DNA of 64,000 nucleotides, taken from NCBI GenBank assembly GCA_026770705.1, contig JANJGN010000075.1, positions 1,426,001 to 1,490,000 on the forward strand. The letters are read 5' to 3'. A model generated the notes under the pieces. It did not search any database. It saw only the letters and a list, made by a program, of their open reading frames with translations, and had not been told where the DNA came from. Within the stretch, counting starts at the first letter, position 1. Every line of letters begins with the position of its first letter. The translations under genes were made by a program, and so were the position numbers. Positions 1 to 11,239 of this stretch are shown here, one piece after another. The stretch is from Isurus oxyrinchus (lineage: Eukaryota).

Positions 1-224
1 TCGAGTTTCTTTTTTTTAATGCACGGTGCTGAACTTGAAAACAACAGCACACAGAATTTTAACCCTTCTTCGCGGAAACGGCCAACCCCGCTCTTCTCTC
101 GGGTTTGTACATGCGCAGTCAGGCAGCGGAAGACAGAAGTTGCTGTCAGTGACTCTCCAGGGAGGGCGCTATTGAGCTGCTCCGAGAACCGGGGAACTCT
201 TCCTGTCAAAGGGCCTCGACTCCT

Positions 225-470
225 GTTCCCTGGCTCCAGTTCCCACTAAATTGCTGAGCACCCAACTTCCCATCCTGGCTCCCAGGTCAGTCAGTATTGT
301 TCGTGGTTCTCTCCACAGGCGCCATCTTCCGTTTCAAACTTGTTTAGTCATGTCACTTCTCAACAAAAGAGAAGAGATAATGAACTTTCTGCACCTGCAA
401 GACACCGCCCCCATCTCCAACCTCCCTCTCCTCTCCCAAGTCCCTTGGGGTTGCCACCTTCAAAACATTT
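225..470 (+). mobile_element. Decayed L2-clade LINE ORF2 fragment (just upstream of and into the RT domain)
   Basis: Translation LLSTQLPILAP...PISNLPLLSQV resembles the L2 ORF2 motifs LLxxxLPxLxP and YRPISNLPFLSKV. Recognised by eye; boundaries approximate. Confidence 0.6.
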
Positions 471-671
471 GCCCATCATTTCTGGAGTTCCATGTTTCAA
501 ATTCTCCACGTGGAATGCAGTCCCTGTTGCCAACTCGAAATGGGATAGTAGGGAATTCACAAGCGACTCCATACGTGCATGCGACAAGAGTAAATTATGC
601 ATAATTACCGGTGTAACTGGGAAATGGGAGATACGTGTAATTTCTTCACAGAACAGGCACTGAACTGCAGA

Positions 672-1381
672 ATTAAAAATTAAAAGTAATGCTGGAAAAA
701 TCTCAACAGGACTAGCAGCATCTGGGGAGAGGGAAACAGATTTAACGTTTTACCTTGAATATGACGATTCTTTTGATATGAGGAGTGTTAGAATATTGAA
801 TGCAAGGTGAAGGGAAGGTGGAGCAAAAATAAAGAAGGTCACGGATTGGTTGGAGGGCTGCGAACATTAAATTACAGGGATTCCATGAAACAAAAGGCAA
901 AGGGAGATGGAATGGCAGTATTAAAGGAACAAGGCATTGGCCCAGAGCAGCTGCTAATAGCAGATTAAAGGTAAGCGCTGCCAGAAAGCAAAATAGCAGA
1001 ATGTGTTAACAGGAGAATAAAGGTCAGTGCTGCGTGAAAGCAAAACAAGAGAACAAGATACAAACTGGAAATCCGGCAAAATAGTACAAATGGAGAACAG
1101 AGTCGATGGTCGGAAGATGTTGAGTTCAGTTTCGAACCCATAAGGCTGGAAAACGCCTATTTGGAAGATGAGGGCCTGTTTCCCGAGTTTGTGTTGTTCT
1201 TCACTGGAACATTGCAACCGGCCGAGGGTAGAAATGTGAGCATGAGGGCAAGATGTTGAAGTGGATTACCAGCAGGGTCGGGGCCATGATTCTGGACTGG
1301 ACAGACATATTCCATAAAGTGAATCTTCCAAAAGTAGAGGATTGCACAGTACCGGCAACGAATGCAATGGATTAATTTCAT
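672..1381 (-). mobile_element. Penelope-like element remnant: GIY-YIG endonuclease C-terminus plus terminal repeat
   Basis: Minus-strand frames give LIHCIRCRYCAILY and LQCSSEEQHKLGKQALIFQIGVFQPYGFETELNIFR. These match the PLE endonuclease pattern (YCIxCxxCxxxYIG...RxxxExxxIxxLxTxxPxGLN). Positions 672-775 are a degenerate copy of the terminal repeat also seen at 4188 and 5908. Confidence 0.7.
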
Positions 1382-1384
1382 ATT

Positions 1385-1752
1385 TCCTTTGTTCTTTCAT
1401 GGAGTGTGGGTGTTACTGGCAGGATTAGTTTTTGTTACCCATCCCTAATTGCCCATGGACTGACTGGCTTGCTGTGCCATTTCAGAGGGCAGTGAAGAGT
1501 CAACCTCATACATATGGGTGGAAAGACACAAGTAAGCCAGTCCTGATAATGATGACGGGTTCCATTCCCTGAAGGATGTTAATGAACCAGAAGGGATTTT
1601 ACAGTAATCAATGGCGGATTCATGGTCATCATCACTGGGGGACGAGTTTTCCATTCCACATTTTGGTGCCTACATTTCGATTTGAACCTGTGTCTCCATT
1701 GGATGAGCCTGGGGCCCAACAATGCTAGTCCAATTACATTACCACTATTACC
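1385..1752 (-). mobile_element. Decayed tRNA-derived SINE of a common elasmobranch type
   Basis: Tail motif ttacccatccctaattgccc (reverse complement gggcaattagggatgggtaa) recurs at ~13975, ~18055, ~25780 and ~29425. A tRNA-like head (tttgaacc...ctagtcc...taccacta) lies at 1680-1750. Confidence 0.55.
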
Positions 1753-1888
1753 CTTCGTGAGTAGACGAGGGACAAGTAAATAGTTGCTTCACGTGAAAGG
1801 AGTGATTTTACTTCATAGAAGATCAGGCTCGAAGAGTTAAACTACAAATAGGAATTTGTGTTTGTTTATGTTCCCAGCATTCGCATGT

Positions 1889-1955
1889 GGGGATGTGGCT
1901 CAGTGATAGGGCACATGCTTCCGTGGTGTCACGGGGACGATCACTGGCATATCTA
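1889..1955 (+). pseudogene. tRNA-Ala-derived pseudogene
   Basis: GGGGATGTGGCTCAGTGATAGGGCACATGCTT...CGATCACTGGCATATCTA aligns to vertebrate tRNA-Ala (GGGGATGTAGCTCAGTGGTAGAGCGCATGCTT...CGATCCCCGGCATCTCCA). The anticodon arm is partly deleted and the B box is broken. Confidence 0.65.
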
Positions 1956-2224
1956 CTTAAACATTTCAATGCAGCGTTGCACAGCCTCACGCCTTTGCAC
2001 ACACAGGCATGGTAAACTCGCTTCATATGCGCAAAAAAGCGAACATTCGCCATCAACCTAATTCAATGAAGGGTGCGCCATCTGGTGGAATGGCTTCCAA
2101 GTACACCTGCTCACATAAGCAGAATAGCACCTGTGATTTTTCATTGAGACAACCGGGAAGACACACAGCCACACGTTTGTGCCTCAGTCTTTTGTCTGTT
2201 TGTTGCTTCAAGACACTCAGAGTT

Positions 2225-2560
2225 CAAACACTCGTTCAGCAGAGTTATGTCCTCTGCTACACAATGCCTGGGAGTTTGTGAATCGCTCCAAGTTGATAAA
2301 TAACTCACCTAGAGTATGCTGTCATGTTCTCGGCAGCACTCTTGAGGAAGGATGCAAAGGTTTCAGAATGGGTTGCAACAAGGTTATAACCAGTGTCGCT
2401 CCAGAGACAATGGGCTTCAATTCTGAGAAGTTGGTGCCAAGTCTGGGGCTTTTCCCCTTCGAGGAGGGGATGTTGAGAGGAGTATTGACAGAGGCATTCA
2501 AAATCACGAAGGACCTGGACAGAGTTGATGGGAAGAAAGAGCTCCCAGTGTTTGAGATGT
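2225..2560 (+). mobile_element. CR1-clade LINE 3' ORF2 fragment
   Basis: LGLFPFEEGMLRGVLTEAFKITKDLDRVD matches the CR1 C-terminal motif LGLFSLExRRLRGDLIEVYKIxKGxDRVD. Confidence 0.7.
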
Positions 2561-2583
2561 AGGGAGGGTTTGACATCCATGAA

Positions 2584-2742
2584 TGTATCGATTGTATCGA
2601 GGTTGGGCTGATTGTATCGAGATTGGGGTGATTTACCGAGGTAGGGCTGATTGTATCGATATTGGGGATATTGTATCGAGATTGGGGTGATCGTATTGAA
2701 TTTGGTGTGATTGTATCGAATTTGGGGTGATTGAATCGAGGC
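2584..2742. repeat. Minisatellite with a ~20-bp unit (tgattgtatcgagattgggg)
   Basis: About 8 imperfect tandem copies are directly visible. They explain the repetitive ORFs 2305-2877 and 2322-2912. Confidence 0.85.
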
Positions 2743-3039
2743 CTTGGTCTTGAAGGAAACCTGGACATCGGAGGGGGGCACCTTCTCTGGGTAGATGGCA
2801 CCTTCCCTATGAACGAAGCCTCCACCTTTCCCTGTCCCATCCATCCAGCCCAGTCTGTCATGGTGCCCGACTGGCACTTATATCCATTTCGCACCTTGGT
2901 GTGTCCTTTCACTTCTCTCGCACTTTATCTTTCTTAGGCAATCTCACTGTGTTTCTCCCTCTCATCCAAATTTCCCCTTCGCCAGCCCTCACCAAATTAT
3001 CATCAAAGGATTGGCACCTAGATATCTTCACTGCCGCTC

Positions 3040-3550
3040 TCCCTCAGCCACGGCAATGTGTGACTTCTCACCTCCCGTGACTGCATTTCCAATTCCGTGT
3101 ATTTTCTCTCCTCTGTGCTCGCTGCCCTCTTACGCTCTCTGTTCCCATGTCTCGATGGAAAGTTTCCAAACAGTATTACGGTCAGTCTCTTGGCCTTGTT
3201 ATCTTCGATGTCTTGCTCTCTACTAAAACCATGACTTTCCTCACGCCGCCCATTCTCCTGGTACAGCTCCTATGTCCGCTTAACTGCAAGGGACACATAC
3301 CTGAAAGGATATGGTGGGTATTTGGTTGAGTTGTCCACTGCTAGGTTGTGCCTGGAGGATGTAGAACAATAAAAGCTCCATCTCTCATCGAATAAAACCA
3401 TTCACCCTTCCAGGACCATACTGGGATACAGAGATAACCCCGGACTTCCTTTCCCTAATCCATAACTTATTCTGAAGCAATCTCACCTGCCTCCACACTC
3501 ACCTCCAAAAACAATTGCGAGGAGCTGATGGAACTCTTCGTCATTAAGTT
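3040..3550 (+). mobile_element. Decayed L2-clade LINE ORF2 fragment
   Basis: Pieces translate to RDNPGLPF and STLTSKNNCEELMELFVIK, resembling the L2 ORF2 linker between endonuclease and RT. Frameshifted; 5' boundary uncertain. Confidence 0.5.
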
Positions 3551-3559
3551 TGGGGCTCT

Positions 3560-3935
3560 CTAATCATTTGCCTCTTCCCATGCTAGCACATTCTGCTATT
3601 TTGCTCTCAGACAGCACCCTCCTTTATTCTGATATTATCACCTGTTCTGTGCGATTGCTTTGTTCCTTTAATACAATAATTAGCACTCGCTTTGCCTTGT
3701 GTTCAATTATGCCCTTTTCATTCAATCTATCCATCCTTTAACATATCCCTGACCTCCTTGAGCCCAGACGTAACCCCGCCCCCTCATTCAACAACATAGA
3801 GGTCATCACATCCCTATCTCTCCCTTCTGTTCGGAAGAAGACTCATTTGCGACTCAAAACACTAACTGCTTCTCTCTCCACAGTCGCTGCCAGTCCTGCA
3901 GAGTTTTTCCAGCTCCTTTTTTTATTTCAGATTCC
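3560..3935 (+). mobile_element. Penelope-like element 3' remnant with degenerate terminal repeat
   Basis: 3828-3935 (gttcggaagaagactc...gactcaaaac...ctgccagtcctgcagagtttttccagc) is a diverged copy of the 4188-4329 element. The upstream boundary is approximate. Confidence 0.5.
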
Positions 3936-4010
3936 AAGGGCAGATTATTTCCTCCCTCTTTCTCCCCAACCACATTTATAAATGCCTGTTAGGTCAGAAG
4001 CAGCTCGTTG

Positions 4011-4081
4011 TTCCCTTTGGTTTAGTGGCAGAGCGCGTGCTTTGCAGTTGGAATAGCCCGGTTCAATCTTTAGCATCCCGA
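4011..4081 (+). pseudogene. tRNA-Ala(TGC)-derived pseudogene
   Basis: TGGTTTAGTGGCAGAGCGCGTGCTTTGCA...GGTTCAATC...GCATCCCGA retains A-box, TGC anticodon loop and B-box similarity. The 5' acceptor strand is lost. Confidence 0.6.
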
Positions 4082-4187
4082 TGTTGCTAATTTTAGAGCT
4101 AAAATTCGGGAATTATTTTCAACCTTTTATCCAGAATGAATCTCCCATCACCCTCTCCTCATGCCTAGGAGACCCACCTTATCTTCC

Positions 4188-4329
4188 AAGTTCTGTCGAA
4201 GGGTCATGAGGACTCGAAACGTCAACTCTTTTCTTCTCCGCCGATGCTGCCAGACCTGCTGAGTTTTTCCAGGTAATTCTGTTTTGTTTTGGATTTCCAG
4301 CATCCGCAGTTTTCTTTGTTTTCAACTTT
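4188..4329 (+). mobile_element. Young Penelope-like terminal-repeat element with a hammerhead-like core and 9-bp TSD
   Basis: Near-identical to the arms of 5908-6177. Flanked by the direct repeat ttatcttcc (4179-4187 and 4330-4338). Contains CTGTCGA-A-GGGTC-atgag-GACTC-GAAAC from 4193. Confidence 0.75.
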
Positions 4330-4836
4330 TTATCTTCCCTGCACTCTGTCCTCAGCAGACGGCTGAAAACTCATTTCTCCTTCCTGGCTCCCATGTTGTG
4401 TGACATTCTTCACCGTTTTCTATTCGCAGCCATGGTCCTTCTCGCCTTCGAAAGCGCTTCCGGCAACCCACTTGACCGTCTCCCCTTCCCCCACCAAATG
4501 AATAGATGTGACCTCTGCATTTTTTCAAACCAGTGACCCCACCTCCAATCTCCCCGTCTTCTCCATCGACCATGAAGGTGGAAACCCCCATAACCGACTC
4601 CCACGCCCTTAAAGCGGCGTCCAACATTACTGAATCGCGACGTTTCAATCTTTCCAATTGAGATTGTGCCCCTGTCACTGCATGGGAAGGGATCAGATCA
4701 GAGTGTAGGTGAAATGACGTCTGACTCTGACAAAGATCAAAAACATATCTACAAAATGGGGGAGAGGCGGTAAATCGAGTTAGGTCCCTATAGATATAAC
4801 TAAAAGTAGAACAGGCAAGCAAATCCGCCAGCATCT

Positions 4837-4908
4837 GGGAATGGAGCTCAGTGCTGAAGCCTGGGTATTGCGTGTATGCGGCCCCGGGATCCATCCCCGC
4901 CATCACCG
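4837..4908 (+). pseudogene. tRNA-Ala(TGC)-derived pseudogene
   Basis: 72 nt, colinear with tRNA-Ala: GGGAATGGAGCTCAGTG...TTGCGTGTATGCGGCCCCGGGATCCATCCCCGCCATCACCG. T-loop and anticodon stem are mutated. Confidence 0.7.
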
Positions 4909-5067
4909 ATTCGCGAATTTTAAAGCAGAAGTGCGGAGATTCTGTTCAGTGCCCTCACTTTTAACAGCAAAGACAGACTCGCTTGTTTCACAGCTCGAGG
5001 GAAACCCATGAATGAAGTCCCGTCCGCCATTCTCTCGACACTTTTCACCCGGCGCAGTCAGTCATGG

Positions 5068-5200
5068 TAAAAGCACAATACTGCGGAAGCTGGGAATCTA
5101 AAACCAAAACGGAAAATGCTGGGAAATCTCAGCAGGTCCGACAGCCATCTGTGGAGAGTGAAACAGAGTTAACGTTTGGAACCCGTATGACTCTTCCAAC
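5068..5200 (-). mobile_element. Older Penelope-like terminal-repeat copy
   Basis: actgcggaagctgggaatct...ctcagcaggtccgacagc...gttaacgttt...tatgactcttccaacag is homologous to 5908-6056. Confidence 0.65.
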
Positions 5201-5520
5201 AGAGGACGGCAGTGAGAAGTGACAGAGAAGCTTTCTGGTTGAAGTCAGCGCAATCACCGCAACGCACAAGGGGATCGAGGTGAATGACTCATGTACTCTA
5301 CAGGATGAAGAGCATCCAACAGGGGGCGGTAGTGAGAAGTGACAGAGAAGCGTTCTGTTTGAAGTCAGCGCAGTCACCGCAACGCACAAGGGGATCGAGG
5401 TGAATGACTCATGTACTCTACAGGATGAAGAGCATCCAACAGGGGGCGGTAGTGAGAAGTGACTGAGCAGCTTTCTGGGTGAAGGCAGCGCTATTTTCGC
5501 AACTCAAAAGGAGATCGAGG
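5196..5520. repeat. Tandem repeat, 120-bp unit, ~2.7 copies
   Basis: Units start with ccaacag at 5196, 5316 and 5436. The first two are nearly identical. Confidence 0.9.
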
Positions 5521-5907
5521 AGGACCCACTGTCAGAGAAAATCCTCAAACATTACGTTGCTGCAGTGTTTCCATCCCTCGCTCCCCATCAAACGCAAAAC
5601 GTTTATCTTGGTTCTGAGTGAAATTTGTGACTGCATTTCTTTAATAAAACCCCTATAACTCAAGACCTAATCTGCCGGAGATCTGAGCTCTCTGTCAAAG
5701 GCTGGCATGGTTATGCAAGTCTATGGAGGGAGGAACGAGCTGTACAGACGTTTTCCGACACCTTCATTCAACTGCTCCGACAAAAAACATGACCGGTTTA
5801 CCTCCTGCATGTAAGTCAGTGCAGTTCACTGTGCGTTCCAGGTCAATATATCAAAATATATCCCAACATAATGTCACTATTAATTAAAACAAGCAGAGGA
5901 AGTACAT

Positions 5908-6177
5908 TAGATAAAAACAAAAAAAAAACTGCGGATGCTGGAAATCCAAAACAAAAACAGAATTACCTGGAAAAACTCAGCAGGTCTGGCAGCATCGGCG
6001 GAGAAGAAAAGAGTTGACGTTTTGAGTCCTCATGACCCTTCGACAGAACTTGATTTGAACTTGAACTAAATCAAGTTCTGTCGAAGGGTCATGAGGACTC
6101 GAAACGTCAACTCTTTTCTTCTCCGCCGATGCTGCCAGACCTGCTGAGTTTTTCCAGGTAATTTGGTTTTTGTTTTG
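5908..6177. mobile_element. Foldback (inverted dimer) Penelope-like terminal-repeat insertion with 13-bp TSD
   Basis: Arms 5947-6056 and 6068-6177 are near-perfect reverse complements around an 11-nt loop. The direct repeat agaggaagtacat lies at 5895-5907 and 6178-6190. Confidence 0.85.
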
Positions 6178-6484
6178 AGAGGAAGTACATACTCCATTAT
6201 GAGTCTGAAAGCAAAACTTTGAGAATCTTCGAAACGAGACCTGAGTCAATTGTGATCCTTGAACCTTGAAAAGTTCAACTAGTTACTCGCCAACAACCGA
6301 TTCCATCACGTTTCACATCTGCAAAACTACCAACAGAGTTCAACGGAAGAACTTTGGAAAGCGAGTTTTCGCTTCCCACAAAGTGTAGGCTGCAGAGTCG
6401 TTCAGAATATGAAGGCAAATGTATTCATATTCTGGAAAAAATGCAGTAAACTGAGAGGCAGCGACAGAGTAACAGACAGAAAGA

Positions 6485-6590
6485 GGTGTGTGTGTGGGGG
6501 GGGGGGTGGAGGTGGTGGGGGTGGGGGTGGGGAGTGGTGGGGTGGATGGGGGAGATAGAGAAAAAGAGAGAGAGAGAGAGAGAGAGAGGT
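6485..6590. repeat. GT / G-rich / (GA)n low-complexity tract
   Basis: Directly visible. A similar G-rich tract lies at 6963-7045. Confidence 0.85.
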
Positions 6591-7464
6591 GATCTGTTCA
6601 ATCAGTGTAGGCTGCCATCACCGCTAACTGATTATTTGTTGCTGCTGTGTACGTACAGCCCCTTGTCAATCCTATTGCTGTGTTCCCATGAGTTTAAATA
6701 AGAGGGCGCTGGATGAAATAATTGGAAAGCAGGAGGAAATAATTTAAATTGCTAACTGAACCTTTTAAGCTTAATCCCTTTATTTCGGGAAATTTAAGGT
6801 CGGAATTCAAAAATCGGTAAGAAGTGAAGAAAGTCCTTTAGGCGGGACAGTTTCAGCTCAATTCTTTCCCACTGAGGAGAATAGGGAAGCCACAAATTAA
6901 CATCATGAATATTCCCGTCGCCTTCATTTCTGATGGTGGATGAGAGAGTGCTGGAGCAAGATGGTGTGTGTGTGTTTGGTGGGTGGAGGGGGTGGGGGTG
7001 GGGGTCGTGGGGTTGGGGGGGGGGGGGCGTTGGGGTGGGCGGGGAGACTTAAAAGTAATGGTTACCAGCTGCAATACAGCTCAATCTCTCTGTCACATTA
7101 CACAACCTCGTGTATATTCGCTGCACAAAATAACAGGGGCTGCTCAATTGAGGTTCTGTTTTTGATTGTTTTATTATATTTAGAAATTGACACTGGAGTG
7201 TTTTAAATCGACACCGGGAGATGGAAGTGAGGAATGATCCCTCCCAGATTTAGTGTTCCTGACCATATTGAATGACTAAATCCCAACGACAAACATAATA
7301 TGTCAGGTCGTTTTTCCTGCTTTATAGTCTTTTGTAGCCAATTGAACACGTGGTCATTGTTTAACTTTCAAAGGTTAACATTTTCTACCATGCAGCGATC
7401 ACATCCATATTTCACTCTATGCTGTACAAAATTCTGTAACGTTTCTTTAACTGTCTTGACCAGC

Positions 7465-7593
7465 GCATTTCCGCCCAGCCTCTATTTCCTCTCTCATTGA
7501 AGGCTTCCTGGTTTGAACTTCTGAGCCTTGGAGTAAGGCATTCAGCTGCCACTCCTTCCAGTTCTCACGTCTCGAAGTAGCTCGAATTGGAAC
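7465..7593 (+). promoter_or_regulatory. Putative TATA-less leukocyte-type promoter / 5' UTR of the Ig receptor gene
   Basis: A GC box (ccgccc), a PU-box-like atttcctct and an Ets-like gcttcctg lie within ~130 bp upstream of the ATG at 7594. Motif-based inference only. Confidence 0.4.
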
Positions 7594-7624
7594 ATGGAGA
7601 CAGGCGTCTGGTTACTGCTCTTTG
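7594..7624 (+). CDS. Ig receptor exon 1, first half of the leader (METGVWLLLF)
   Basis: ATG in good context (aacATGG), 10 codons + 1 nt, then the donor gtgagt. Phase-1 join to 39108 gives the signal peptide METGVWLLLFVAFAVQMSVSQ. The link across 31.5 kb is inferred. Confidence 0.65.
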
Positions 7625-8329
7625 GTGAGTCGTGAAGCAATTTTATATTGACACTACTGGCTTTCTGGCCTGTGTGGTGTATGATTGAGTGGCTTGCAAA
7701 GGGAGAGTGAGACTGAGACCTGAGGTGTCCGCTCCCTGGTAGCTGAAAGAATTAAAGCGACAACTGGTTTTGTGTGCATCATATGAGGTTGGATTATCAG
7801 TGTGGAAACTTGACTGTGTTGAATAATCGGTGAGGAATGGTGTGGGAGTGAATCTGCTTTTCGTTTACGGGAGATGTGAGCGATTTAGATCAGAGCAGAG
7901 AGTAGAGAGCGTGTCTGCTGCTGATAGTCACCTCCTAGCACCAGTGCAAAACATCGATAAGTGGGTGTCAGCTGAGGATACTGACATCGCCATGTTCTAC
8001 ACTTTCTGTAATCAGCCTGTTTCAATGGAAAACAGTGGCCGAGATCAGACACCAAACAGGTCCTTCGCACTGAAGGACAAGGCGGAGAGGCACTTTCCCC
8101 AGAACTGTGTTCAAGGGTAACTTACCCCTTTCAGTTAAGGGAGAGGGCGAGATGGAGAAATCAAACACTAACGCTGCTGTTTGTGTCTGACTGTGTGTGT
8201 CACGAGTTCAGCTGGTTAGCTTGGAGCATCCCCTGAGGCCTTGAGTTGAACTGAATAATGTCCAGTCCATTACTGGAGAAACGGTGAATGTAACCAGAGA
8301 TGAAGCAATTCAGTGAAGTTGGGTGACTG

Positions 8330-8720
8330 GAGAAACTTGTCTTGTTTCGTTTATTGTTTTTCCTTATATTTTGGACGCAGCATGCTAAGGAGAAACCTTA
8401 CACAGATGTGTTCAAAATCCTATTGATATTTCAAAGACAGCACAGCGAGATCCTATCTCATTTCGCAAATGTGCCCGTAAATATCAATGAAAGAATTAAA
8501 ATATCTGGCTGAGTGGAAATTAGCAGATATATTCTCATGCTGAGGGTTGGATTGATCTGGAATAGTCTTTCTGTAAGAATGGTGGAAGCAGATTCGACCA
8601 GAACTTTGAGAAATAATTTGAATGGAACGGATTAGTTACGGATATGAGGTTGGGATATGTGGAGAAAGTTGCAGAGCCAGAATAAGTAGGATGGTGAATG
8701 GCCTCCATCTGCCCTGTAAT
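8330..8720 (+). mobile_element. Decayed CR1 3' end
   Basis: Ordered CR1 3' motifs: atgtgttcaaaatc, tgatctggaatagtct, ggtggaagcagattc, gaatggcctcc...ctgtaa. Confidence 0.5.
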
Positions 8721-11239
8721 GTGTCAAAATCCTCTTCTGTGCATTAAAGTAAGATTCACAGTCCATCATTTAGTTTTCGTTGTGTTTGAGATCTCCATCT
8801 AGGGGACATACTGACTCTACCAATGGGCCCGATTCCCCCGAGTCACTGCTGAGAATCTCGGCCGATATTCGCTCCGTTATACCTCCTCTCTGTTATTCTT
8901 CATGGATGCGTGCATGCGCAGTTGGAGGGTGAAGATCTGCCTCTGTCATCACTGTTAATTTCAGGTGACAGAACCCTTTCAGTGTCTGCACTCTTACAAG
9001 AACACCTAATGCTGTTGGAGGGCGGCTGTGGCGTTCACCTCCTGTCGGGAACATGCAACTACAGGAGAAATAGTGAGAGAAATTGGAGAAGGCTTGTTGC
9101 CAAAAATCATTGAATGTTTAATAATTGTGCTTTGGACACTTTGTGAACAAAACTCCCTGCTCCCCGCCCCAACCACGCTCCAAACCGAGGTTACGTCCCG
9201 GTTTCTTTGAACCAGCACTTTTCCACGTTAAAAATATTGACTTGTGCTATTCCGCCTTTGTTGATATTCCTGTTCCTTCAGTGCTGAACATTTTCCATGG
9301 TTTTCCATTCCTTTCCAACAGTGAAACTGAATTTGAGGCGCTTTGTGATATTTGTGATTGTGTGCAAAATATCTGGACACCTCAACATTACTGGAGAGTA
9401 GACATCTTACAATTAAACAGCAAAGGTTAAGTTTTTCAAAGACAGTGAATCAAGTATCTTCCACCCCAGGGCCAATCGCACAACTGTCAAAGGGAATAGT
9501 CAGAGCCCTCTCACTTGAAAGCATCAAGCTCTATCTTTAGAATATTTTCGATGTAAAGTTTTCACCGTCAGGACTACCAGTTCGGAAGGACATGCCAGCT
9601 TTTGCTAGTTCTATCTCTATGAATGTTGGTGGAATAGGGAATTTATTCTCTGATGTTAATGTAAGAAAAGCAGAAGCAGAGCAAGATACAGGCTGAACAG
9701 AGTTCCAAGAAATTCTATTCACTCTAGTAACTCATTCAGCCTTCTGGAGTTGAACATAATGCTTAGATATAGATCTGCACTGTGAGTAGACAGTAATGTT
9801 CTACAAACTGTGTTAGAAACGCTTTTGGGGCTCAGAGATTATCTCTGAATCTATCCATATGCAAACATCTTTTTTTTTTAAACTGAAGGGTGCTGTGTTT
9901 ATAAACTCCATTCTCTTTTCTTCCGAATTGTTCCTCCTTCTGTATAGGTGAGGAATCCACGAGGGGAGGAATATTAAATACTTCAATGCTTGGAACATGT
10001 CTAGAATCCACAATTCTCCTTAGAAAACGTCCATAATTCCTATGGCGTCTGCTATAAATGTTGTGGCTAATAGTAATTAACAGTTCTGAGCTTCGATTGA
10101 AAGCATAGCATGAGGATTCTTGAAGTACATTTTAATTCAATCGATTTGTGAATGTCCATGGTTATCATGCAATGTGCTTCATAGTTGCCCGATTTCCATG
10201 GAGAGGAGATGCTGGCGGCACCAATCAGCTCAGAGCTCCGAGGCCACCGAAGGAAGCCAAATATGGCGATACCACCTCAATGCCTGCCCACTCCGGGGAG
10301 CGAGCATGCGCTGTAGGAGTTTAAATTTCCCCAGCATCGCCACTGACCTCAGGTCAAGCAACCCATACAGTGTCTTCAGACAAAATGAACACTTAACTGA
10401 AAGCGTAGTTTGAACAAGCGCGAGTTTGTATGGTGAATCAGTATCATCGAAAGATAAGACCAAACTCTGGCGTAGAATATTTTCACATAAATTAGAAATA
10501 TTCTAATGCATTTATTTTGAGAGATTAATTTGTTCCTGAGTCACCCTCCTAACTGACAGTTGCTCAGTTCCTCTTTCTTAGCACTAAATCTTCTTCAAAT
10601 TGAATCCACTGCCTTCCGCTATGGTGCAAGTTCTATTACCACCTTCATTAACACAGATAGTTTTCAGCATGTTTGCTGATTTTTCTATCTCTTTCCCATT
10701 TGTCATCGAATTCCAGGAGCCTTGTGATGTATTGCAGCGTTTGTATGTTGTTGGGATATTTAAAAGAATAATGCAGTCAGCCCCCAGATCTAGGACCTTG
10801 CATTAACCCCACTTCCAACATTCACCCAGCAACGTATGAGAACGTAACTGAGATATGTATCTGCAGTGTGGGCGGAGACTAATGTCCATCAGGAAAGACA
10901 GGGCTTCATCTTTCTACTATCCTCTGAATCTGTCTCTCAGTCTCCATCTTTAACAACCCAAATTGCCACCATCAACAACTCCTTCCATTGCAGAATGGAA
11001 CTCCAGCACTTGCAGTGGACCTGCTGTTTGTTGATCTCTAAAGAAATTCCATATTTGAACACAAATTCCACCCAGCTGCTTTTATGGGTCTATCAGTCAA
11101 GGATTCACTGAATCTCAAATGGATGCTTTTTTTTAAAACATTTTTGTTTTAACTGCAGGGCGTGGGTACATAGAATCTAATAGTGAATAATTGGATTGCT
11201 CTTTGAAAGACCCACTCCAGAGCTCATTTGTCTGAAATT

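Noticed and set aside
2305-2912. 190-aa and 196-aa minus-strand ORFs
   Set aside because: They run through a 20-bp minisatellite and antisense CR1 sequence. The repetitive peptide is a by-product.
4352-4906. 184-aa minus-strand ORF
   Set aside because: No recognisable domain or splice structure, and it overlaps a tRNA pseudogene in antisense.
7463-7500. Reverse-complement resemblance of the promoter to the intronic cassette (caatgagag...tgggcgga)
   Set aside because: Only the GC box and a few bases match, which is not distinguishable from chance by eye.
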